This document shows positions 10,979 through 19,379 of a stretch of DNA of 46,618 nt, piece after piece. The notes beneath the pieces were generated by a model, which ran no database searches, was not told where the DNA came from, and saw only the letters and a program-made list of their open reading frames with translations. A program made the position numbers and the translations under genes. The stretch's first letter is position 1, and each line of letters starts with the position of its first letter. The DNA is from a virus. Location of the stretch: the UHGV virus genome UHGV-1365300. One strand, given 5' to 3'.

Positions 10979-11470
10979 ATGATTACGCAAAAAGAGCTTA
11001 GGTCGTTACTATCATACAACGCAGATAGCGGTGTTTTTAGATGGCTTGTTAATAAATCATTTTCCGTGAAAAAGGGTGATGTTGCCGGAAGGAAAAATAA
11101 AAGCAGCTACATCACAATAATGATTAATGGAGTTAGATATCAAGCAAGCCATTTGGCGTGGCTGTATGTAAATGGCGAGATGCCATCGAGAGCAATAGAT
11201 CACATCAATGGCATTAGGAGTGATAATAGAATCATCAATCTAAGGGAGGCTACGCTATCTCAAAACGCAATGAATAGAATTAAGACTGTGAATAACACGT
11301 CGGGGTACAAAGGTGTTAGCTTTCACAAGCAAAGCGGTAAGTGGCAGGCAAGCATAAAGATAGATGGGAAGCAGAAATATTTGGGCTTGTTTTTGTCTCC
11401 AAAGCAAGCCCACGATGCATATGTAAACGCCGCAAAAGTTATTTTTGGCGAATTTAGCAGGTTTTGTTAA
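10979..11470 (+). CDS. HNH homing endonuclease with AP2 DNA-binding domain, free-standing, inserted between the M-like and L-like minor tail genes
   Basis: HNH_3 motif ...IDHINGIRSDNRIINLREATLSQNAMN, AP2 motif SGYKGVSFHKQSGKWQASIKIDGKQKYLGLFLSPKQAHDAYVNAA. GGAGA lies 5 nt before ATG 10979. Opposite strand to the flanking tail genes. Confidence 0.85.
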   Translation: MITQKELRSLLSYNADSGVFRWLVNKSFSVKKGDVAGRKNKSSYITIMINGVRYQASHLAWLYVNGEMPSRAIDHINGIRSDNRIINLREATLSQNAMNRIKTVNNTSGYKGVSFHKQSGKWQASIKIDGKQKYLGLFLSPKQAHDAYVNAAKVIFGEFSRFC

Positions 11471-11940
11471 TCGCTATGCTCTGGTAGCTCTCTGTTTACA
11501 GTTTCATCAAGGAAGCTATACCATCTCTCATCAAGCTCAACAAGCACATCATCAAACTCATCCATGGAGTTATTGAGGGTTTTACAGATGACATTTCCAG
11601 TCCATGTGACGATACCGCCATTGATGCTTGTCTGCACGGGGTAATCAGTAAAGTGCAAAGTCTGATTCTGTAATCCGCTGCCACCAAGATCGATATCCAT
11701 CGTGAACCATTCATTGCACTTGTTGAGATAATTTGGGCTTCTCAACCACTGCATAAATGCCCGCTCCTGCCTGAGCGTGAAAACCCATGTCAAACTCCAT
11801 GTTACTGCAACATCGGTCGTTAACTTTTGAAATATTGGCGCCCCAACCGCAGGCTGATCGCTGCGGAATGGGGTTTGAGTCGTCATGTTCTTGCTGGCAC
11901 GCTGCGCAAGCGGTAGCCATGATGGATAAGCTATAGCCAT
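11467..11940 (-). CDS. Minor tail protein (gpM-like by position)
   Basis: 157-aa ORF immediately downstream of the tape measure gene. ATG overlaps the TMP stop. Confidence 0.4.
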   Translation of the reverse strand: MAIAYPSWLPLAQRASKNMTTQTPFRSDQPAVGAPIFQKLTTDVAVTWSLTWVFTLRQERAFMQWLRSPNYLNKCNEWFTMDIDLGGSGLQNQTLHFTDYPVQTSINGGIVTWTGNVICKTLNNSMDEFDDVLVELDERWYSFLDETVNRELPEHSD

Positions 11941-14858
11941 TATTCTGTTGCCCTTCTGGTTGCAGTGGTATTGCTGGTAATAGCCTGAGAAATAGGGCCG
12001 CCATTTTCTATGTCGGCAACGATAGTCTCAATTGTAACAGAGCCGTCACCATTATCTCTTGCTGTTGATGAGGCCGTTGCTCCGCTGCTGTTATTGGTGA
12101 CATTATTATAAATAATGATACCACTGCCGCCGCCGGTAAGGTCTTTGTTGCTGATAACCTTTCCTGAATCTCCAGGTATCATGTACTGATTGCCATTGCT
12201 GGCCTGGAAGATTTCAGGGAGGTTATTCTCACCGACCTGATACATTGAGCCAGCCTGCGCAGGGCCGCCATTCTTTAATGCCCCCGCAACAGACATTGCT
12301 TTGGCCACTCCAACAGTGGAAGCAATACCAGCCTGCGCAGGGATTGCGTTGGCTCCGCTTGTGGCAAGTGAGGTCATCGCAGCTGCCGGGGCCATGGCCG
12401 CTGCAATAACTTGCGCCTGAGCAGCTGCCATCGCTGAGGCTGCGGTCATCCCAACCTGACCCATAATCACCGATTTAAGCCACTCCACACCCATCTGAAC
12501 GAATGAGTTAATCACAGCGTTCAACACAGTGCTTCCGATTGACTGTAGCGCCTCGCTAACAGACATTGAGCCAGTAAGAACGCCAGTTAAGGCGTTGCTT
12601 GCGGTTTGCCCAAAAGCATCAAATGCAGCAGCTGCTGCTTGCGTAGCCGCATTCTGCTGGCTCCACTCCTGCCACATAGCATCGAGGCGCTGCTGGCGGT
12701 ATTGCTCCTCAATAGCTGCTCTGGCCTGCTCAACCTCCGCTATCTTTTGCGGGTAAGCTACTGCGTAAGCATTGAGCGCTGCTAAATCTTTCTGATAATT
12801 TGTTTCAACAGCAAACATTGGGGATGTCTGCGATTTTAATGCAGCAAATCCTTTTACAGCTTCGGCTCTTTTTTTCTCCGCCTCTGCCTGAGCTTTGATC
12901 GCGTTGGCATTATCCCATGCCTTAGCCGCGTATTGCCCGGCAAGGTTAATTTGCTCCTCTGTGGCTCCCTTGCCAAGGGATTGCTGAGCAGCCAGTATTG
13001 ATTGTTCGCGGCTAAGCTCTCTTGTGCTTTCAGCGGTAAGCAGTGACTTCTGGCGAAGCTGCTCAAGTTTATTGGCGATATTCTCCTGCTCTGTGGCTGC
13101 TTTTTTCGCCGCTGATTGCGCAGCACTTTGCGCGCTACGCTCATCTTTCAGAGCCTGTGCGTTTTTCTCCTGCTGCTGATAGGTTTGCAGACGAACATTA
13201 TAATAATCACGAAATGCCTGCGTCCCGGCTTTTAGCCCCTGATTCTCAGCATCACGCCATGCGAGCGCCTTCTGTTTCTCTGCGCCTGTCTGTCGCTCAA
13301 TGAAAAGTGTCTGCCTGGCCTGCTGCAACGCCTTATCCTGAGAGTCAGTTAACTCATCAGTCATTTGCTTCAGCAGTCGAAGGCGCTGTGTTGCATCAGC
13401 GCTGCTGGTTGCAATCTCAAGCAGTCTCTTTGCATATTCCCGCGCCGTTGCCGCACCGCTGGATGTTCCCTCACCGACTCGTTGCAGGGTGACAACCAGA
13501 GCCTGCAATTTTTCATCTGATGGGTTTTTGGCGATATCAGAAAGCTGTTTTGCAAACTCGAAGGCCTGCTGGTCTGAGAGCTGGAATTTACCAGCCAATG
13601 CGCCTACCGTGGCAATCATGCCATTCATTGACGTCTGACCGGCCTGGCCTGCTGCTGACGCTTGTTTAATGGCTTCCGTCCAGCTATTCGTTGTGATATT
13701 AAGCTGTGACATGTAGTCATTGAAAAGCTTCACGCTGGCATAGCCACCACCAAGTGATGAAACAAGCGAATCGCCAAATCCGATAAAGTCACTTGATGCC
13801 TTTGTGACTTCCGCTGAGACTTTAGATAGGGCTGCCTGCAACTCAAGCTGCGCCTGTTGGCGCATCAGGGTAGCTACCGCTGAGTTTGCTTTTGCAAGCT
13901 GGGCGAATTTGTCGGTATAGACAGCGACACCAGAAGATGAAATCGACACGACGCTATCCATGGTCGCTATGGCTTCTTTCAGTGAATCAACGGCGTTTTT
14001 GCCGTTTCCGAGTGACGCTATCAGTGAGCCAGCAATAACCGTTGCGATGGTCAGCACTGCACCTGCCACGGGGCTAAACACAGAAGCAAGCTGCGAACCT
14101 TGCTGACTAAATGCCACAAGCGCAGACTGCCCTCCCTGAACCTGAACGATAAAGTCCTGTATCTGATAGCCACCCTGCTGCATTATATTTTTAAAGTTAC
14201 CGGTGGACTTTCCGGCGGCATCGGTGCCATTTTTCATGTCATACAGGCGGCCAGTAAGCTCAGCTATTTTTGCTTTCTGTGCGTCAGTAGCGCTATCTCC
14301 TGCACGAAGCTGTGCGGCCAGTATAGCCGCACTTCTTGCACCTTTTTCCGCTTGTTCGTCGAGGATTGCGATCTGGTTTCCAAGACTCTCAATCATCCTG
14401 TCAATACCAGATATTGAGCCACCCGTTTCAGTTGACTGGGCGCCAAGCGCGCGAATTGCCTGAGTGACCTGATTGACTGAGTTTTGAAGTGCAAGGCCGG
14501 TTGCGTTCGCGGATACCTGCGCCTGCTGCATCTGTGCGAGCTGTTGGTTTAGGGTTGCAATAACTTGCTCGGCACCAGTTACGCTTGAGGTTGTCGCCTC
14601 TACTGAGCTGGCGGCAGTCTTCGACGAAGAAGCCATATCCTTCAGTGTTGCATCAATGGAGCTTACAATTTTTGCCAGGGCTGAAAGCTCTTTGCCAGAT
14701 GATGATGCCGCACCATCCAGCTTATCCATGCTTTTTGATGAGTTCTGTGCTGACTTGTCAATGCTGTCAAGCGCATCCTCTGCCTGTTTAGCGCCAGCAG
14801 TGAGGCCTGAAACCTCCATGCCAACCTCATAGACAATGCCGCCAACTTCTTCTGCCAT
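11940..14858 (-). CDS. Tail tape measure protein
   Basis: 972 aa, very Ala/Gln/Ser-rich with long coiled-coil stretches and a Gly-rich C-terminal part. Largest ORF in the tail module. Confidence 0.9.
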   Translation of the reverse strand: MAEEVGGIVYEVGMEVSGLTAGAKQAEDALDSIDKSAQNSSKSMDKLDGAASSSGKELSALAKIVSSIDATLKDMASSSKTAASSVEATTSSVTGAEQVIATLNQQLAQMQQAQVSANATGLALQNSVNQVTQAIRALGAQSTETGGSISGIDRMIESLGNQIAILDEQAEKGARSAAILAAQLRAGDSATDAQKAKIAELTGRLYDMKNGTDAAGKSTGNFKNIMQQGGYQIQDFIVQVQGGQSALVAFSQQGSQLASVFSPVAGAVLTIATVIAGSLIASLGNGKNAVDSLKEAIATMDSVVSISSSGVAVYTDKFAQLAKANSAVATLMRQQAQLELQAALSKVSAEVTKASSDFIGFGDSLVSSLGGGYASVKLFNDYMSQLNITTNSWTEAIKQASAAGQAGQTSMNGMIATVGALAGKFQLSDQQAFEFAKQLSDIAKNPSDEKLQALVVTLQRVGEGTSSGAATAREYAKRLLEIATSSADATQRLRLLKQMTDELTDSQDKALQQARQTLFIERQTGAEKQKALAWRDAENQGLKAGTQAFRDYYNVRLQTYQQQEKNAQALKDERSAQSAAQSAAKKAATEQENIANKLEQLRQKSLLTAESTRELSREQSILAAQQSLGKGATEEQINLAGQYAAKAWDNANAIKAQAEAEKKRAEAVKGFAALKSQTSPMFAVETNYQKDLAALNAYAVAYPQKIAEVEQARAAIEEQYRQQRLDAMWQEWSQQNAATQAAAAAFDAFGQTASNALTGVLTGSMSVSEALQSIGSTVLNAVINSFVQMGVEWLKSVIMGQVGMTAASAMAAAQAQVIAAAMAPAAAMTSLATSGANAIPAQAGIASTVGVAKAMSVAGALKNGGPAQAGSMYQVGENNLPEIFQASNGNQYMIPGDSGKVISNKDLTGGGSGIIIYNNVTNNSSGATASSTARDNGDGSVTIETIVADIENGGPISQAITSNTTATRRATE

Positions 14859-15565
14859 TATTTTGCTCCTTTGCTTTTAGCGGCCTTTCTGGCGGCTTTC
14901 TCTTTCAGTTTCTGTTTATTCAGCTTGGCCCGCTCATAGGACGCATCATACTGCTCGCGCGTCATGCCTTCCGGTTCCGGGTATTTTGATTTTATCATCT
15001 GCTGATACTCGGTCATGGTCAGGTCTTCCGCTTCCTCACGGGTGATTCCGAAATGAGTGCGAGCTGAGATGATGTAATCAGACATTCTCAATTCACTGGT
15101 TGTGCGCTTTTGGTTTTCCGAGCGCTGAGGAACCTTGAGCGGAGACTTGCCGATGATGCCATGCTCCATCAGGTTGCGAGCAATAATAATAATGTCATTT
15201 ACTGGCATTCTTCCGGTGACGTACTTCACACCGCGCGGAGTTGGCTTCCATGACCCAATGAGCACCGAAATATCATCATCGCAACAAGACTGCATGATGA
15301 GGCAGGCGGCGCTGAGCACTTTCTTGCCATAGGCAGGACGTGACAGGATTTTTGCCACCTGAATCTGCGCGCCATATGGCAATGACTGAATGGCGCCAAG
15401 TATGGTCGCGTATTCATAGCCATTAAGCGTAGCGTACAGTTCGACAATCTCTTTCGGCGAGCCAAGCTCATTCATCGCCGCAAATGATGGTTTGAAGAAA
15501 AAAGACTTGTCAGCCAGGGAGATGCGCATCTCTCCGATTTCTGTTAGCGGTGTGCGTTGTCTCAT
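14858..15565 (-). CDS. Tail assembly chaperone (gpG/GT position), single 235-aa ORF
   Basis: Immediately upstream of TMP on the same strand. Acidic middle, Lys-rich C-terminus. No obvious slippery -1 site seen. Assigned by position. Confidence 0.4.
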   Translation of the reverse strand: MRQRTPLTEIGEMRISLADKSFFFKPSFAAMNELGSPKEIVELYATLNGYEYATILGAIQSLPYGAQIQVAKILSRPAYGKKVLSAACLIMQSCCDDDISVLIGSWKPTPRGVKYVTGRMPVNDIIIIARNLMEHGIIGKSPLKVPQRSENQKRTTSELRMSDYIISARTHFGITREEAEDLTMTEYQQMIKSKYPEPEGMTREQYDASYERAKLNKQKLKEKAARKAAKSKGAK

Positions 15566-15602
15566 GTCTAAATCCTGTTTTCATAATGACGTAATTATAC
15601 CA

Positions 15603-15632
15603 TTGACAGGGGGCGCAAGACTGACGTAGATT
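15603..15632 (+). promoter_or_regulatory. Sigma70-like promoter TTGACA-18-TAGATT for the + strand cassette 15663..16519
   Basis: TTGACA 15603-15608, TAGATT 15627-15632, with the family core GACGTAGATTG. Confidence 0.55.
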
Positions 15633-15662
15633 GAAAGCATAAGGTGATTGAGGGTTTGACAT

Positions 15663-15797
15663 ATGAACGAGACTGATGCTGATTTGAGATTTTACATCGA
15701 CCTTTACATTGATCAGGGTTACACTTATGAGGAGGCCCGCGTAAAGGCGATTTTGTTACTGGCTAAGATTGGCGTAGTGGTGGAGGATAAGAGATGA
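15663..15797 (+). CDS. Small protein, 44 aa (MNETDADLRFYIDLYIDQGYTYEEARVKAILLLAKIGVVVEDKR)
   Basis: Below the track cutoff. GAGGG lies 7 nt upstream. Stop overlaps the next ATG (ATGA). Confidence 0.35.
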   Translation: MNETDADLRFYIDLYIDQGYTYEEARVKAILLLAKIGVVVEDKR

Positions 15798-16159
15798 GCA
15801 CTGATTACAGCAAGATGAGTGATTTTGAAATCAACAAGCTGGTAGCTTTGGCCTCTGGCAAGAATATAAAATTCATCAGTGTTGATGCTGATGATAATGA
15901 GATTGGTGTAATTGTTGGGCAAAAACACACTCGCCAGCAACTGCCATTCGACCCATGCAACAACCCAGCAGATGCATGGCCGATTATTCACGATAACAGG
16001 ATTGGCGTAATTCCAGCTCCTTGCTATGGAGAATGGAAGTCCGCCCATCGCGCGGTAGGTGATGACGGCACACCTCACCATTTTACCCAGCATACCAATC
16101 CACTCCGCGCAGCAATGATAGTTTTCCTGAAAATGCAGGAGTCCAAAAATGCCAGTTAA
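15794..16159 (+). CDS. Hypothetical phage protein, 121 aa (N-terminal MSDFEINKLVALASG motif)
   Basis: Second gene of the 4-gene + strand cassette inside the tail operon. Vaguely recalls NinX/DUF2591-type small phage proteins. Not verifiable here. Confidence 0.55.
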   Translation: MSTDYSKMSDFEINKLVALASGKNIKFISVDADDNEIGVIVGQKHTRQQLPFDPCNNPADAWPIIHDNRIGVIPAPCYGEWKSAHRAVGDDGTPHHFTQHTNPLRAAMIVFLKMQESKNAS

Positions 16160-16301
16160 CAAAGACGACGAAGATGTGATATCTGCATATGCAGGTCAGC
16201 GCATCGACATAAACTACGCGATAGCAATTCACCTGAGACGATCTGAGTTTATTGCTAATCTGATTTTGTGGGGCATTAAGAACAAGACGAGGAAAGCATG
16301 A
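16149..16301 (+). CDS. Small protein, 50 aa
   Basis: AGGAG lies 8 nt before ATG 16149. Ends in an ATGA overlap with the next gene. Below the track cutoff. Confidence 0.35.
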   Translation: MPVNKDDEDVISAYAGQRIDINYAIAIHLRRSEFIANLILWGIKNKTRKA

Positions 16302-16519
16302 GAATAGCGCTTATTCAGGACCATGATGTTTTGAAATGCCTTGGTAAAATGAGTGATGGTGAGCCAACGTATTATGTGAGAAATCTACTATCTTACATAT
16401 ACAAAGGAATAGATACACCTTCCGTGCTAAGGAAGCTAAAGGATATGGAAAAAAGAGGTCTTGTGAAAAGGGTTAACAGTAAATTCTTTGTTAACAATAT
16501 CAGTTGGACATTAAAATAA
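16298..16519 (+). CDS. Small putative winged-helix DNA-binding protein, 73 aa
   Basis: ...PSVLRKLKDMEKRGLVKRVNSKF resembles a wHTH recognition helix plus wing. Last gene of the cassette, followed by a terminator. Confidence 0.45.
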   Translation: MRIALIQDHDVLKCLGKMSDGEPTYYVRNLLSYIYKGIDTPSVLRKLKDMEKRGLVKRVNSKFFVNNISWTLK

Positions 16520-16545
16520 AGCCCCTTTCGGGGCTTTTCTTTATG
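16518..16545 (+). terminator. Intrinsic terminator (GCCCC-TTTC-GGGGC + TTTTCTTT)
   Basis: Directly after the stop at 16519. Overlaps the 3' end of the major tail protein gene on the other strand. Confidence 0.7.
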
Positions 16546-17296
16546 CCGTAACGGTAACAACACACTTGGTGGAGTCAACGTAATCAGGACTGGTTGCCGA
16601 GTCCGTCACGCGGCAGAAGTACGTACCAGCATCACCTGCGGCGGCAGTGGCCTTGGTGAACGTGTCGGTAGTAGCACCGCTGATCGGAGATGTGCCTTTA
16701 TACCACTGGTAGGTATAAGGCTCCACACCGCCAGCCGAAACTACCGGACCGAGCGTCAGAGTGGCGCCAGTGGCAACGCTTTTGGTTGCGCTGATATCAG
16801 TAGTCAGCGTCAAATCTTCGATGCTGGACACGTCAACGGTAGAGCCATCATACGGCTTGAATTCAACCGATCCGGTGATGATGTCGTTGGTGCCGCCATC
16901 GTAGCTCAGAGCGGTAATGTTGCAGTAAGCAACGACAACGGTATTACCGGTAGTCTGGCGAACCCACAGCGACGGCTGGCGACGCGCTTTTACTTCGGTT
17001 ACAAAGTATTTGATGAGGTTATGCACGCCATACTCATCAGCCTTGTCAGCCTTGCGAACTTCGAAATCACCAGAAATGGTGAGGTCTGCGGTAGTGACCA
17101 GCGTTGCGACAAAGCCATCGCCATCATCAGCCTCGGAAGTGGTGGTGCTCGGGCTGAAGTCGACGCCTTTTGAGGTCATGGGAGCAAAAAACTTCCAGTC
17201 TTCCTCTGCTGGCACAGCATCCCAGCAGCCATCAGCCAGCTCAATGAGCGACTGGCGACCTGTGATGATGCCATTATCATTTGCACAAATAGCCAT
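16541..17296 (-). CDS. Major tail protein with C-terminal Ig-like (Big_2-type) domain
   Basis: 251 aa. The C-terminal 90 aa (TLGPVVSAGGVEPYTYQWYKG...GTYFCRVTDS...CVVTVTA) is an Ig-like fold signature as in lambda gpV. Preceded by RBS AGAGGA. Confidence 0.75.
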   Translation of the reverse strand: MAICANDNGIITGRQSLIELADGCWDAVPAEEDWKFFAPMTSKGVDFSPSTTTSEADDGDGFVATLVTTADLTISGDFEVRKADKADEYGVHNLIKYFVTEVKARRQPSLWVRQTTGNTVVVAYCNITALSYDGGTNDIITGSVEFKPYDGSTVDVSSIEDLTLTTDISATKSVATGATLTLGPVVSAGGVEPYTYQWYKGTSPISGATTDTFTKATAAAGDAGTYFCRVTDSATSPDYVDSTKCVVTVTA

Positions 17297-17341
17297 GTTT
17301 AGAATCCTCTGTGTTTAGCTAAGCAATCGCATTATATCATG

Positions 17342-17370
17342 TTGACAGGTTTTGATTGGTGGTGTAGATT
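17342..17370 (+). promoter_or_regulatory. Near-consensus promoter TTGACA-17-TAGATT driving the tRNA/structured-RNA region
   Basis: TTGACA 17342-17347, TAGATT 17365-17370. Confidence 0.6.
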
Positions 17371-17549
17371 AAATGGCAGATAGTTTTCGGTGCGACTTTG
17401 CGGGTTTTTAGAAACTGACCACAAAGATAAATGCAAACGAAGAAATGTATCTGGCAGTAGCCTAACGGCTAAACACCAGCAAGGTCTTCCGACTCCTTGT
17501 CAATGAATTCGGCGCATTGCGGCCCTGAGATGTGATTAATAAATCAGGG

Positions 17550-17637
17550 CACACAACAGGTAAGAGCATTGCAGGTTTACATGGTGGACTTGATTGCCAC
17601 GGAGTACGAAGCAAAGTGCAGTGCTCTTATCGTTGTG
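17550..17637 (+). repeat. Long imperfect hairpin element 1: conserved 21-nt 5' arm CACACAACAGGTAAGAGCATT pairs with 3' arm ...GTGCTCTTATCGTTGTG
   Basis: About 25 bp of near-continuous pairing with a bulge. Contains an inner GTGG...CCAC hairpin. Confidence 0.5.
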
Positions 17638-17740
17638 ACGAAAAGCAAATAAATGAGTGCAGGCGGATGAAAAACACTCACTAACCTGTAAAAAGGTCGA
17701 GCCAAAGCGCGGTAATGAGTTCCGTGGTTAGTAGTCACAA

Positions 17741-17851
17741 CACACAACAGGTAAGAGCATTAAAGAACTTGCAAAGAGCTTAACGGTCTGCGAAAGCGTT
17801 TCCTAGTGGCACAACTGGCAGGTACAACTGAGTGCTCTTTCCGTTGTGGTG
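17741..17851 (+). repeat. Long imperfect hairpin element 2: same 21-nt 5' arm, 3' arm ...GTGCTCTTTCCGTTGTGGTG
   Basis: Second copy with a different interior. Its 3' arm CGTTGTGGTG can also pair with CACCACAACG at 17938-17947. Confidence 0.5.
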
Positions 17852-17852
17852 A

Positions 17853-17946
17853 GATATATCAGAAGGCTGATTGAATGCGGGTATTCGAAATCCCGTCACC
17901 TCGCAAGGGTGAAACCGGTTCGACTCCGGTAGGATTCCACCACAAC
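17853..17946 (+). ncRNA. tRNA-like 3' fragment/degenerate tRNA (T-arm ACCGG-TTCGACT-CCGGT), flanked by a 10-bp inverted repeat
   Basis: Canonical T-arm at 17914-17930, then AGGATTC and a CCA-like end. No matching 5' acceptor strand found by eye. A second T-arm-like GGGTATTCGAAATCCC is at 17879-17894. Confidence 0.3.
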
Positions 17947-18077
17947 GCAAAAAAGGAAATGGGTTGATCACCCTAAAGTCGTCGAACTGATATCCTCTGA
18001 ACTGCAATGCTAAGTAACCTATCTTGGATATGTTATTCTGGCACCAGCTTCATGGTTGAAGCGGCGCACCAAATTAA

Positions 18078-18154
18078 GCACCATTAGCTCATCAGGATAG
18101 AGCAATTGCCTTCTAAGCAATCGGTAACTGGTTCGAATCCAGTATGGTGCACCA
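18078..18154 (+). tRNA. tRNA-Arg (anticodon UCU), CCA encoded
   Basis: Cloverleaf by hand. Acceptor GCACCAT/ATGGTGC, D-arm GCTC-ATCAGGATA-GAGC, anticodon arm ATTGC-CTTCTAA-GCAAT, T-arm ACTGG-TTCGAAT-CCAGT, discriminator A, then CCA. Confidence 0.85.
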
Positions 18155-18157
18155 AAT

Positions 18158-18234
18158 TCCCGTTTAGCTTAACTGGTTAAAGCACCCGACTCATAATCGG
18201 ATGATTACAGGTTCGAATCCTGTCGCGGGAACCA
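18158..18234 (+). tRNA. tRNA-Met/Ile2-type (anticodon CAU), CCA encoded
   Basis: Acceptor TCCCGTT/CGCGGGA (one terminal mismatch), D-arm GCTT-AACTGGTTA-AAGC, anticodon loop CTCATAA, T-arm ACAGG-TTCGAAT-CCTGT. Lacks the initiator-specific anticodon-stem GGG/CCC. Confidence 0.75.
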
Positions 18235-18618
18235 TTACTCACCAAAAACAACCCTCAGCAACAACTCATAAACAGGCCTTTTCTCTGTCGTAAGCGTGGG
18301 GCGACCAAGCGGCGCCTGCAACTGAATCATGCCAATACAACTATCAACTGGATGCTCTTTGATGTATGCGATGACATCAAGCGCTTTTGCTTTTGTCTCC
18401 TCGATGTTGTACTGACCCTGCTGGCCGACAACATAGAGCGAAAAATAATAATCATTGCTGAGGCCTTTGCTTACGTTCGTTCCGCCATTGGATTGCAGCA
18501 CCATAAACCGGTCTGTGCCAACTTCGGTATCATTCCAGAATTCGAGCTGAGAAGTCCACCCGTCATAAAGACCGGCATCGCTAAGGTACTGGTCAACAAG
18601 CTCAAGCATATCTCTCAT
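18235..18618 (-). CDS. Tail terminator/tail completion protein (by position)
   Basis: 127-aa ORF directly upstream of the major tail protein gene in transcription order. Confidence 0.45.
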   Translation of the reverse strand: MRDMLELVDQYLSDAGLYDGWTSQLEFWNDTEVGTDRFMVLQSNGGTNVSKGLSNDYYFSLYVVGQQGQYNIEETKAKALDVIAYIKEHPVDSCIGMIQLQAPLGRPTLTTEKRPVYELLLRVVFGE

Positions 18619-19031
18619 TTTAGCGTCATCTCTTTTTTAATTACCTGATCGACAAGCTCGCGTGTGCTTTCGCCAGCCTTGAGAAGGAATTTAGGCTCGC
18701 CGCTCTTATCCCATACATTTCCCTTTCCTTTAAGTCTCCCTGTGCGCGGCGTATTCGTGCCAAGCAGTTTACCAGGTGCATTATGGACATACAGGGCGTA
18801 ATTAGCAGCATACCCAATCTTGCCAGTTATGCGAGTGCCATTAACCTCAACGGTGTCATACTGGCTGTTTATCAGCGTTGATGTGGCTATTGGTGTCATG
18901 GAAGCCGATTCAGTCCTGATGATATAGTTGGCGGCTTTTATTGCTGACACCGCTTTCTCACCAGTAATATCGCCGACTATCTGTTGAGTGCGCTTAATCG
19001 CCTGCTGGATACCTCGCATTTTGGCGGCCAT
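18615..19031 (-). CDS. Neck/tail-completion protein (HK97 gp10-like)
   Basis: 138 aa. Motifs AANYALYVHNAPGK... and GKGNVWDKSGEPKFLLKAGES are typical of this family. Confidence 0.5.
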   Translation of the reverse strand: MAAKMRGIQQAIKRTQQIVGDITGEKAVSAIKAANYIIRTESASMTPIATSTLINSQYDTVEVNGTRITGKIGYAANYALYVHNAPGKLLGTNTPRTGRLKGKGNVWDKSGEPKFLLKAGESTRELVDQVIKKEMTLK

Positions 19032-19034
19032 ACA

Positions 19035-19379
19035 TTACCCCGTTACCAGCGCAAAATCAGGAAGGTCGTTGCGATCTAGTGTGTTGCCGTAATTCACGAC
19101 GTTTCTAATCTGGTCAGCTCCGGCGGCCAGCGGGTCATCACTTGTGACGGTGCCAAGCATGATGAAGTCGCCAACAGACGCATCCTGGTATTCCGTCCAG
19201 AATGTGTTTTTCTGTGCAATCTCATTGCCAGCTGCGCCAGTGGTCAGATTCTTATCAAAGCCATAATCACACATGATGGATTCTGGCGCGGCGAATGTTG
19301 GCTTGCCATACTTATCCTTGCCAGTAAGCCGCCAGATTGTGCATGGCTGCGTATAGCTCCATCTCGCTATTGCTGACAT
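19035..19379 (-). CDS. Head-tail joining protein (by position)
   Basis: 114-aa ORF in the neck gene run. Confidence 0.4.
   Translation of the reverse strand: MSAIARWSYTQPCTIWRLTGKDKYGKPTFAAPESIMCDYGFDKNLTTGAAGNEIAQKNTFWTEYQDASVGDFIMLGTVTSDDPLAAGADQIRNVVNYGNTLDRNDLPDFALVTG

Noticed and set aside
12529-14845. Multiple 60-105-aa ORFs overlapping the tape measure gene on either strand
   Set aside because: Shadow ORFs produced by the Ala/Gln-rich, GC-biased codon usage of the tape measure gene.
14858-15565. Programmed -1 frameshift (G/GT) in the tail chaperone gene
   Set aside because: A single uninterrupted 235-aa ORF precedes the tape measure gene. No slippery heptamer followed by an alternative frame extension was seen.
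17853-17946. Attempt to fold this segment into a complete tRNA, including a type II long-variable-arm form
   Set aside because: The T-arm is perfect, but no 5' strand complementary to AGGATTC/TAGGATT exists within 110 nt upstream. It is kept only as a tRNA fragment/tRNA-like element.
17946-18077. Possible additional tRNA between the tRNA-like fragment and tRNA-Arg (hairpins CTTCA-TGGT-TGAAG, GATATCC...GGATAT)
   Set aside because: No canonical T-arm (GTTCRANYC) or acceptor/D-arm pairing could be built. It is probably spacer or processing structure only.
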